A DNA stretch of 64,000 nucleotides from Octopus sinensis (Eukaryota). The notes under the pieces are model-generated. The model saw only the letters and a program-made list of their open reading frames with translations, did no database searches and was not told the DNA's origin. Each line of letters opens with the position of its first letter. Positions within the stretch are counted from its first letter, which is position 1. A program made the translations under genes and the position numbers. This document shows positions 51,574-62,842 of this stretch, piece after piece. The DNA lies in NCBI RefSeq assembly GCF_006345805.1, contig NC_043019.1:30069360-30133359 (forward strand). The letters are read 5' to 3'.

Positions 51574-52717
51574 GGTATAGAAAAACGGATGTTCAATGGT
51601 GATGATGATGATGGTGCCTCAAGTTCACATCAAGAATATTGCAAACCAAATGCATAAACGAAATATATAAGGCATTTGTTGTTTAATGTGTTGTGAGTTA
51701 GAAAGAAGAGTGTATAGGTTTTTGATATCCAGGGTGTGGCTTTTTAAAACTAGTTTAGCATGTGTATAGCATAGTAATGGATCTGTCTGGTATGATTTCA
51801 GTTAGGCTTTTAGGAAATTGTGGCCATTATCAAGTTTCTAAATTCTGGGTATTTGGCTGTTTTAAAATGCATTAAAGTGTTGTTGTTTAATCCAGTGACA
51901 TTCCTGATCCGGTAGATTTAGGATCAAGGAGATTTGGCTGAGGATTATCATATCTTTTTTTTTCTTCTAACTTTTATTCATTTCAGTCATTTGTCTGCGA
52001 CCATGCTGGGGCACTGCCTTGAAGAATTTTTAGTTGAACAAATCAAACCCAGCACTTATATTTTAAGCCTGGTACTTATTCTGTCAGTCTCTTTTTGCCA
52101 AACCACTAAGTTATGGGTACAGGTCATAAATACACTAACACCAGTTGTCAGGCAGTGGTGGGGGACAAATGCAGACACAAAAACACACACATGCATGCAC
52201 ACGCATGCATACACCCACACACCCATACGCCCACACATATGACGGGTTTCTTTCCAGTTTCCATCTACCAAATCCACTCACAAGGCTTTCATTGACCCAA
52301 GGTTATAGTAGAAGACACTTACCCAAGGTGCCATACAGTGGGACTGAACCCAAAACCATGTGGTTAGGAAGCAAACTTATTACCAAACACAGACACATCT
52401 GTGCTTTAGTACAGAACTACATTATCCAATGTATCATTTGTAAGATGGTAGGGTCTGGTTTGAAGAAATTTCACTGCCAATTGTAAATCAAGCAAATGAG
52501 TGGGTTGTTTGACCTGCTAGAGATAGCAGCTAAATCTCTGTCAAATGTTCACCCTACTTACTAACTCAACCTTTAGCATGCTGAAGGCAAATCATATCTC
52601 TTACATGTTTTCTCCCATGTAGCTGCAGGTGCATTGTGTTGCATTGAGAGGAGAAAAAAATTTCATACAGCAACACGATTCATCTTCACCATGCAAAAAG
52701 TTACATAGACAAATATC

Positions 52718-52950
52718 TGTTTCTTTATTAACCACAAGGGGCTAAACATAGAGGGGACAAACAAGGACAGACAAAGGGATTAAGTCGATTACATCGACCC
52801 CAGTGTGTAACTGGTACTAAATTTATCGACCCCGAAAGGATGAAAGTCAAAGTTGACCTCGGCGGAATTTGAACTCAGAACGTAACGGCAGATGAAATAC
52901 GGCTACGCATTTCGCCCGGCGTGCTAGCATTTCTGCCAACTCGCCGCCTT
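52718..52950 (-). mobile_element. Young SINE-A with 21-bp TSD
   Basis: AAAGTTACATAGACAAATATC at 52697-52717 and 52952-52972. Confidence 0.92.
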
Positions 52951-54532
52951 CAAAGTTACATAGACAAATATCACTAAGACAATGTTGTAGACTCTGATTT
53001 GCAAAAAGACAAAATGGTTATAGTTAGAATGCCTTTCATCATCATCATTATCATCATCGTTTAACGTCCGCTTTCCATGCTAGCATGGGTTGGACGATTT
53101 GACTGAGGTCTGGCGAACCAGATGGCTGCACCAGACTCCAATCTGATCTGGCAGAGTTTCTACATCTGGGTGCCCATCCTAACGCCAACTACTCTGAGAA
53201 TGTAGTGGGTGCTTTTACATGCCACCGGCACGAGGGTCAATCAGGCGGTACTGGCAACGGCCTCGCTCAAATGGTGCTTTTTACATGCCACCTGCACATG
53301 AGGCAGTCCAACAGCACTGGCAACAACCTCGCTCGAATGTTTTTTCACGTGCCACCAGCACAAGTGCCAGTAAGGCGAGGTTATAAATATTCTTGATCCT
53401 GACTTCCCTGAGCTAAACAATAAAAACTCATACAGCAACATGATTTGCCATCAGCATGCTAAAGGTTAGACAGACAAATATCATAGAGACAGTGTTGTAG
53501 ACTCTGGTTTGCTAAAAGACAGGTTGGTTATAGTTAAAATGCCTTTGATTATAAATATACTCAATCATGTCTTCCCTGGGCTAAACAACAAAAGGATTAT
53601 CGGTTTTGTAGTCTCCTTTAGAAAGAATTTTGTTACTATATGTAATCATAGAACCAGGTTATTGCTTACTGAACTGGAAGCAGAGAGTCATAATCTGTGT
53701 CTCTGTGTTGAAGGCAAGTTGGACAGAGAAGCAATTGTGTTTAGAAGTGATCATACATTTAATATTAGACAGAAATATCTTCTGATGATTGTTCACTTGC
53801 AATAAATAGCTGACTCTTGTATCTCTGTGCTTGTAAGAATCTATTATGACATATATTCTACATTACGGCACTATCTGCAACTGTTATAAGGACATAGAAT
53901 TTGATTAATACTCTTACTTTCATTCAATATTCTTTCTATTACACTCTGCCGTTTCTTTTAATCTGTGAATCTGTTGCATTGCAAGAGGTGAATAAATAAT
54001 GTATTGTAATAATCTCAGAAGTCTTCTAAGATTGTGTTATCAGAAGTAAATCAATTCACTGCAGTTGATTTTTGTGTCAGCAAAGAAAAATGGAAAATAA
54101 ATTATTTAAGAAGGATTGGGTGGAATTTTTCTTGGTTTGAATTTATGTTTAAATTTTAATTCAAACTGTATTTTTGTTATTTAAAACCTACCTTTCTTAT
54201 TTAAAGTTTATCATGAAAGTTTTGGGAAAGTATTGTGTGGTGTTATCTTGACTTGTAATAAAACAGTGAGCTGTCAGCATTGTTAGCATGCTAAACACAA
54301 TATTTAGCAGTATATCTTCCAGCTTTATGTTCTGAATTTAAATACTGCCGAGGTTGACTTTACCTTTCCTCTTTTTGGATTTGATAAAATAGGTACTAGT
54401 TCAGCCCTGGAGCTGATGTAATCAAATAGTCTCCACCTCCAAAATTTTAGGGTTTGTGCCTATCATAAAAAGTTGGTGGTGAGCTAGCAGAATCATTAGG
54501 GCACCAGAAAAATTGCTTAGTGGTTTTTCCTT

Positions 54533-54764
54533 AGTGGCGAGCTGGCAGAATTGTTAGCACGCCGGGCAAAATGCGTAGCCGTATTTCGTCTGCCATTACG
54601 TTCTGAGTTCAAATTCCGACGAGGTCGACTTTGCCTTTCATCCTTTTGGGGGTCGATTAAATAAGTACCTGTTACGCACTGGGGTCGATATAATCGACTT
54701 AATCCGTCTGTTTGTCCTTGTTTGTCTCCTCTGTGTTTAGCCCCTTGTGGGCAGAAAAGAAATA
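54533..54764 (+). mobile_element. Young SINE-A inserted into an old SINE-A at the internal GGTATTT site
   Basis: Left GGTTTTTCCTT (54522-54532), right GGTATTTCCTT (54765-54775). The old copy continues to ~54920. Confidence 0.85.
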
Positions 54765-56039
54765 GGTATTTCCTTTGGGTTTATATTCTGAGTTCAAATT
54801 CTGCCAAGGTGGAGTTTGCCTTTCATCCTTTCAGTTGTCAATAAAATAAGTACCAGTCGAGCATTGATATTGATGGAATCAACTACCTCTTTTCCCAAAA
54901 TTTCAGGTTTTGTGCCTATAATGACATAAAGGTTTATTTTGATTTGCAGTAGTTTAATCATGAATTAAATGTGCCGGTGGCACATAAAAAGCATTTATTA
55001 CTCTTTTGGAGTAGTTGACAGTATAGAGGGCATCAAGCCTTAGAAACTGTACCAAATCAGACTGGAACCTGGTGCAGCTCTCCGGCGTACCAGTTCCAGT
55101 CAAACCTTCCAACGCATGTCAACATGGAAAACAGATGTTAGATGATGATGATGGTGGTGGTGGTGGTGGTGGTGGTGGTGGTGATGATTTGTAAGAAGAA
55201 AACCAAGATATAAAATAGTATAATGTGAAAGTATTTTGATTTGGTATCTTTGCTATGAATGAACATACACACCCTTGTGATTAGGGTGTTGCACTCGCAA
55301 TCGTAAATCACCGTTTCAATTCCAGACTGGGTGGTACACTGTGTTTTGGAACAAAACACTTCATTTCATGTTGTTCCAGTTCACACAGTTGTAAACTGGT
55401 CCCCCTGAAATGTACTGAAATTCCATTCAGGGGGTATGTTGGTCTACCCACCTTGCCAGTGGGGTGGTATCATTCAAAAGCTACAGCAATGCAAGGAAGC
55501 GCATTGTAACCAGTGGTGTATAACACAACATCTGATACTTCAGTTGATACATTGATGTGCTACAGTATTCCTTGCTATAAATTAACAATATTTCCTCATT
55601 TTTTTTTTTTCTTTTTGTATAAAAATTATAATTGGTTTAATAATTCTGTCATGGAAGCTAATGTCAACAAAATTCATTGATGAGTGGAAGAAAAAGGAAA
55701 AGGAATCCGTGTTTAACCTTTCTGATACCAATTCACCTGAGACCGACTCTGATCCTGTGATACAAACCTTTTGTTTTGAATTGATCTAAATTAAAACGCT
55801 TCATCAAAATAAATTAATTGAAACAAAAGTGTTAAAGATGGATGCAAGGAGAAGGAAGTGGCTGATGATAACTGATGAGAGCCTTAGAGGGAAATTACTG
55901 TGGATTTTGAGCAAATATTGTGTTGAAAATAAAAAAATTAAAGCAACATTTTTATTAAAATATATTAAAATTTGGAACTCTCACTATCTTTACATTATTT
56001 TGATTTATCCAAAAAGTTGTTTTGAATTTTTGTTACATT

Positions 56040-56760
56040 GGTGCCTCATAAAAAGCACCCATGCCAGTGCCGCACAAAAAGCATCCATGCTGGTGCCACA
56101 TAAAGAGCACCTGTGCCGGTGCCATGTAAAAATGCATCCATGCTGGTTCCACATAAAGAGCACCTGTGCTGGTGCCATGTAAAAAGCATCCATGCTGGTG
56201 CCACATAAAGAGCGCCTGTGCTGGTGCCATGTAAAAAGCACCCATGCTGGTGCCACATAAAGAGCACCTGTGCTGGTGCCATGTAAAAAGCACCCATGCT
56301 GGTACCACATAAAGAGCACCTGTGCCGGTGCCATGTAAAAATGCATCCATGCTGGTACCACATAAAGAGCACCTGTGCCGGTGCCATGTAAAAATGCATC
56401 CATGAAGGTACCACATAAAGAGCGCCTGTGCTGGTGCCATGTAAAAATGCATCCATGCTGGTGCCACATAAAGAGCACCTGTGCTGGTGCCATGTAAAAA
56501 GCATCCGTGCTGGTGCCACATAAAGAGCACCTGTGCTGGTGCCATTTATAAAGCACTGGTGCCACTTAAAAAGCACCCATTACACTCTGTAAAGTCGTTG
56601 GCATTAGGAAGGGCATCTAAGTGTAGAAACCACGCCAAAACTGACAACTGGAGCCTGGTGCTGCTGGCCAGCTCCTGTTAAACCATCCAATTCATGCTAG
56701 CATGGAAAACGGAAAACAGATGTTGAATGATTATGTTGATGGTGAGGATGATGATGATGA
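56040..56760 (+). repeat. 52-53-bp satellite (two 26-bp subunits) grown from an RTE 3'UTR, followed by the RTE tail
   Basis: Unit GGTGCCACATAAAGAGCACCTGTGCT-GGTGCCATGTAAAAAGCA(C/T)CCATGCT x ~9, continuing into AAAAGCACCCATTACACTCTG...AGGAAGGGCATC. Confidence 0.9.
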
Positions 56761-59700
56761 TGATGAGGATATAACTATACTTGAAGGTAAAACTTACTTG
56801 GAAAAGGATGCATGGCGTTCGATTGTATAATAATATAAATAATATATAAATATATGCATATATACATACATATATGTACATACCTACATATATATATATA
56901 TGTATATATACATGCATATATGGGTACAGGACATCAAAAAAATGTTGAACACAATGAGAAATGAAAACATAAAAACAAAAACATAGAAACGAACTTTTTT
57001 TTCAAACAATGAAAAAAACAGAGAAACGAGACATACAACATAAAGAATATTCCCCTTCTTCAGTTGTCCCTGTTTCATCTACTCCGCGTTTCAAAGGTAA
57101 GGACAAGACGCGACTTCGTTGAAACAGTCCTTCCCGCAAAGTAAATCAAATAAAATTTGGGACCTTTTGCGGAGGGTGAAAGTGGTAACAAGAACAGGAC
57201 AGTGAGAACAAAACAGTTAAAAACAATAAAATGTAAAAACAGTAAAAACAAACGATGAGGGTTGTTTGTGACCTTGCTGTTAGGTGTTGCACTCACAGTC
57301 ACAAGATCATGGTTTCAGTTCCTGGACCGAGCAAGGCACCATGTCCTTGAGCAAAACACCTCATTGCATATTACTGCAGTCTTCTCAGCTGTAAATGGGT
57401 TACACTGAGATGGACCAGCATCCACATTTTGGAGAAATGTGATCTCACACACTTAATACACCATGGGTCTTGCCATCTAGCCAGCAGGGTAAGCATCATT
57501 TGAAAGCTTCAACAATGGAAAGTAATGCATTGTGACATACAGTGTATAACAACGTTCAATAGTCCGACCGAGGCAGTGATACAATAATATAACTATTCTT
57601 GCAACACAATCATTTTATACAAAAGATTTGACTGAACACTGCATTATCTATTTGGTAGTCTCTTTTAGAATGACGTTTGTTACTGTATGTAATGATAGAA
57701 CCAGGTTATTGCTTATTGAAATCAAAGAGTCAGAGTTTATCTCTGTTTTAGATGGCAGATAAACATATAAAGATATTCTCTTCAGAAGAGATCATACATT
57801 TAATATTAGCTAGAAATATCTTATTCTAGTTGTTGACTTGTAGTAAATAGCTGACTCTTGTATTTCTATAGTCGTAAGAATCTATTACAGCAGATAGTGC
57901 CATAATGCAATATGGCACTATCTGCAACTGTTACAAGGACATAGAATTTGATTAATACTCTTACTTTCATTCAATATTCTTTGTATTACACACTTCTGTT
58001 CCTTTTTAATCTGTAAATCTGTCGCTTTGCAAGAGGTGAATAAATAATGTATTGTAATAATCTCCATAGTCTTCCAAGATTGTGTTATCGGAATTAAATC
58101 AATTCAATACAGTTGACTTTTTGTGTCAGCGAAGGAAAATGAAAAATGAATTATTCAGAAAGGATTTTTTTTTCCACGCCAAGTTTTTTTTAATCTTTTT
58201 AGACTTTACATTCCAGCAGATTTGAACACAAATATGTTAGCCATTGTCGTGTACGTCATCGAAGAACATCTTTTTATGACAACTCAATGTTCATGCCACA
58301 CTTGGTTCATTAGTGCAAAAGCACTAATCAACAAAAGAGTTTTTTTGTTCAACTTTTTTGAAACTATTATTATTATTGTGGAGGTGCAATGGCCCAGTGG
58401 TTAGGGCAGTGGACTTGTGGTCAGAGGATCGTGGTTTTGATTCCCAGACTGGGCGTTGCGTGTGTTTATTGAGCGAAAACACCTAAAAGCTCCACAAGGC
58501 TCCGGCGGGAGACGGTGGTGACCCCTGTTGTACTCTTTCACCCCAACTTTCTCTCACTCTTTCTTCCTTTTTCTTGAGTAATACTTCGATGAACTGGCAT
58601 CCCGTCCAGCTGGGGGGAACACATTTGCCACAGAAACTGGGAAACCAGGGCCATGAGCCTGGCTAGGCTTGAAAAAGGTGCATAAATAAAAATAATAATA
58701 ATTATTATTATTGTTATTATTCATCCTTTTGGAAGTCATTAAAGAAGAACCAGTTGAGCATTGGGGTTAATGTAATCATTCGGGGGCCGATTAAATAAGT
58801 ACCAGTTATGCACTGGGGACAATGTAATCAACTTAATCCCATTATCTTCCCTTGTAGTCCCCTCTGTGTTTAGCCCCCTGTGGGCAATAAAGAAATAATA
58901 ATTATTATCATGATTTTTATCACCAATTTATATTACAATAGTAATATAGTCCTAAATATCCCCCAAAATATTATAATGTTCATGGCTGGAATATCTTTGA
59001 CCATAGATCTGCTCAGAGTTCCACAACAACTTCCAACTTTTAGTAAATTTTTAATAATTTAGTATTTAGAAATAATTTAGTAAATTTTCTCCAATCACTA
59101 ACCTTCTTTGATATTCCAGTGAAGTTTTACTTTGGTTTATCTGACAAGAATTCTTTCTCAAAGACAGTGAAATCAAATCATATCATAGTAATTCTTGTTT
59201 GGAACATTGGACCTTGAAGCAAACAAGCTATAAGTAATCCTTTCTGCTATAAGCATAAGGCCTGAAATTTTGTGGGAGGGTGCTAGTTGATTAGATCAAC
59301 CTTGATACTCAACTGGTACTTATTTTGACTCTGAAAGAATAAAAAGCTAAGTTGACCTCAGTAGAATTTGAACTCAGAATGTGAAAATGGGTGAAATGCC
59401 ACTAAGCATTTTGTCTGGTATGCTAACACTTCTGCCAGCTCACCACCACAGATAAGCAATAAATAACATTGAGTAAATATTGGGTTAGAAAAAACCCCAC
59501 TGAAGGTTGCTTGTGAGATAGCAATCCATATCTCATCTGAACATGACAAGGCAGTCTTTGACTTGTTCTATCCGGAGAATTTTTTTTTAATCCAATATTT
59601 ATATGCTATGATTAATAGCTTATCTGCTTCAAGAATGTGACAATGTGTGGCTTAGTGGTCAGAGTATTTCGCTCATGAGTGTAAGATCATGAGTTCAATT

Positions 59701-60070
59701 CACAGCGGCACGTTGTGTTCTTGAGCAAGATACTTTATTTCGTGTTGCTCCAGTGCACTCATCTGGCAACAATGAATTGTACCTGCGATTCAAAGGGCCA
59801 GCCCTGTCACATTCTGTGTCACACGGAATCTATCTGAGAACTACATTAAGGGGATGTATGTCTGAGGATATCTTAGCTACATGTGCATTAATTTCACGAG
59901 CAGGCTAGGTTAGTTGATTGGTTCAACTAGAATCATCATCATTATCATCATAACCAATGGAGTGCCATTCTTTGGAGTTTTTTTTATCTGCTTCAAGCTC
60001 CAACGTTCCAAAAAAATTATTATTTTATGTTCGTTTCATGTTTATAAATTGTTTTACTGTATCTTTCCAG

Positions 60071-60202
60071 AAACGAACTTGAAACGGAGGAGCAGCCTAA
60101 AATTGACGAAATGTTAAAAATAAGAGACGACAACATTGTAAAGCTGGAGCATTTACTTGCCATGACGAAACAAGAAAAAGAAATGCAATCAGTCAATAAT
60201 AA
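60071..60202 (+). CDS. Internal coding exon of the coiled-coil protein
   Basis: Strong acceptor TTTACTGTATCTTTCCAG and donor AA|GTAAGT. 132 nt, phase 2-2, reading NELETEEQPKIDEMLKIRDDNIVKLEHLLAMTKQEKEMQSVNN. Confidence 0.8.
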
Positions 60203-62651
60203 GTAAGTAATCACTCGAGCTATTTAAGAATTCTTTAATACTTTTATTGGTCCCAGTATTGGATGGACGATTAAGCAAAAAATAAGCAGATTATTGAAGG
60301 CGGCGAGCTGGCAGAAACGTTAGCATGCCAGGTGAAACGTTTAGCAGTATTTCATCTGCCGTTACGTTCTGAGTTCAAATTCCGCCGAGGTCGACTTTGC
60401 CACAACTATTCTCCTTGCCAACATTCATCATCATCATCATCATCATCATTTAGCGTCCGCTTTCCATGCTAGCATGGGTTGGACGGTTCAACTGGGGTCT
60501 GTGAAGCCAGAAGGCTGCATCAGGCCCAGTCTGATCTGGCAATGTTTCTACGGCTGGATGCCCTTCCTAACACCAACCACTATGAGTGTAGTGGGTGCTT
60601 TTTACATGCCACCCGCACAGGTGCCAGACGGAGCTGGCAAACGGCCACGGACGGATGGTGGTTTTTATGTGCCACCGGCACGGGGGCCAGGTGAGGCTGG
60701 CAACGGCCATGATCGGATGGTGCTTTAGTCTCCTTGCCAATACAGACCACCACTATGAAGTGGGTGCTGAAAAGTTGCTGGCTTTGGGTAAAAAGAAAAT
60801 ACAGGAGGATCAATTAATTATGATTTAATTTAGCACGAGCAAAACGTTCCCCTTCCAATGGATGGTGCTGAGTTGTCAAACATTTAAACCAAATTTTCTC
60901 AAAACAACTTGTCCAACCGTCCCATAGGCCTCCCCTCTGAGAAACACTGATTTAACCTAAATTTGAGACACCAGCAAAAAAAAGAAATAAAGATAGACTT
61001 CTTTCTATTCCAAAGAAAAACGATTTTATTCACACAAATATGCAACCGAAGAGTTTAAAGTACCAGTAATGATAAGGCTGTTGACCGGGAGAACACAAAC
61101 ATGGTTTAAGCAGTAAGCTTGCCAGGAAAGAAACGTGCCTTTAAGCAGTACAAAAACAACAAAAAATGGAAGGTGCAATTAGGTACAGGTTGACGGAAGA
61201 AAAGCAAGACAAAAACGGCTTTATCGATCACATTCTCACCTTGAATTGATTTTTACAATTTTTTCAAGACTTATACACACCCTGATACCGTCAGTATCTA
61301 CATATCAAATTTGAGTGTAATCAGATGGAGGATGCCCGAGATCTGAGAAGACACACACACAGACAGACAAAACGGATTTTATATAAGAGATATTCCCTTC
61401 TCAGATTCACACACTTATGGCAGCAGTGCCTCAGTTTTTCTAAGCCCTGTAAAAGAACTCACAAGGCTAGGCCTCCAGCCAGGCCTTTCATGATACCCTT
61501 AAAGCCAGGAACTTTTCAACACCTCCTCATACTCCCCTAGTCAACACACACTGACATTATAGTCTCCTTGCCAATACAGACCACCACTACTCGCCTAATC
61601 AACACAAGCCACCTCTAATCTTCTTAAATTCTTGTGATTATATTTAATGGTCATTATACATTGATACTTCAGTGTATTGATTTCCCACAAGTTATTCTTA
61701 ATTGTTGCATGCTGTATGAACATGTCTATCTTGTCTTTTCCTCTTCCTTTCCTCTTACCTCTCTCTCTCTCTGCCCCCCTCCGTCTCTCTCTTTCTCATT
61801 CTCTTTTCTTTTCTCTTTCTATCTCAGAGATACAGCTGCCTGAATTTTCTAGTACACTATCATTACAGAATTACTCAATGAGTATTGGATTAACACTCTT
61901 TGTAGTAGTCTTCTAGGGTTATCCCAGGGCTATAGTAGAAAACACTTGTCCGAAGTGCCCCGCAGTGGGACCGAATCTGGAACCATGTGCAAACTTCATA
62001 ACCACATAAGCATGTCTGCACCTTGAGTGAACTTCTTAAGCATGCAGTTGTGTCTTGATGGAGTAATGTCGGCAAAAGGTTGTAATGTTTCCGTCGGTGA
62101 ATCTCTGCCAATCAACCTAAAGGTTTTCTTTTATGTGTGGTCAAGGATGTTAGAGTGACAAACAGTAGCAATACAATTTCAGGTGGGAGCAAAGTACCAC
62201 AGATCCTTCCTCTTGTCCTAAACCACGGGCAATGTCTTCTCCTATGGCCCTGGGTTAATCAAAGCTGGATTTTATAGACAGAAACTCAAAGTGTGTTGTA
62301 TACATACATACATAGATACATAGATACATACATACATACACACATACATACACACATACATACACATACATACACACACATACATACTCACTCATACATG
62401 CTGCCATTGATTAGATCCAAGAGGCCATCACCTCTAGCTAGCTATGTGACACACGAACCTGTGTCCATTATAACCTTTGAACAGGGGCGGTCAGCTGCTT
62501 CCCCTTACTGGTCAGGCATCTGCAGACTAGTTTGAGGTATTTGCCCTTTATCGATGCAGAGCAGCCAAACCCAGCAGGCGTCGCTACTGACCATCTTTTT
62601 GAAGGATTATTTACCTAAATTCAGTGGAATACAGCCACTGGTTTTCAAAAA

Positions 62652-62842
62652 TAGAAATATTAATATTTCTAAGTCTCTCTAAAGGAAACTACGGCAGCGG
62701 TACTGGATATTAATAGTTATTGCTAAGCTAATATGGTAGTCCATAAATGTAGGACTGCCATATTAGCTTGGCGATAACTATTAATATCCAGTACCGCTGC
62801 CGTCGTCTCCTTTAGAGAGACTTAGAAATATTAATATTTCTA
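62652..62842. repeat. 191-bp palindrome (91-bp arms, 9-nt loop), probable foldback element
   Basis: Arms 62652-62742 and 62752-62842 are reverse complements with 5 mismatches. Confidence 0.95.

Larger units (their letters stand above)
53605..58170. repeat. Diverged ~510-bp direct repeat pair (53605-54120 and 57650-58170)
   Basis: Colinear over the whole length, with long identical blocks such as AAGGACATAGAATTTGATTAATACTCTTACTTTCATTCAATATTCTTT. Confidence 0.9.

Noticed and set aside
56005-56576. Three overlapping 170-186 aa ORFs; superficially CRISPR-like periodic hairpins
   Set aside because: Pure tandem 52-53-bp satellite with no unique spacers and no cas genes, in a eukaryotic context.
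57050-57125. CTGAAGA and GAAACG motifs on the minus strand suggesting a hammerhead
   Set aside because: The order and pairing of the motifs do not give convincing stems I-III in this copy.
53915-58020. Duplicated minus-strand mini-exons (mutually exclusive exon idea)
   Set aside because: Lengths are 53 vs 54 nt and copy 1 has stops in all frames. Kept only as a conserved-block observation.
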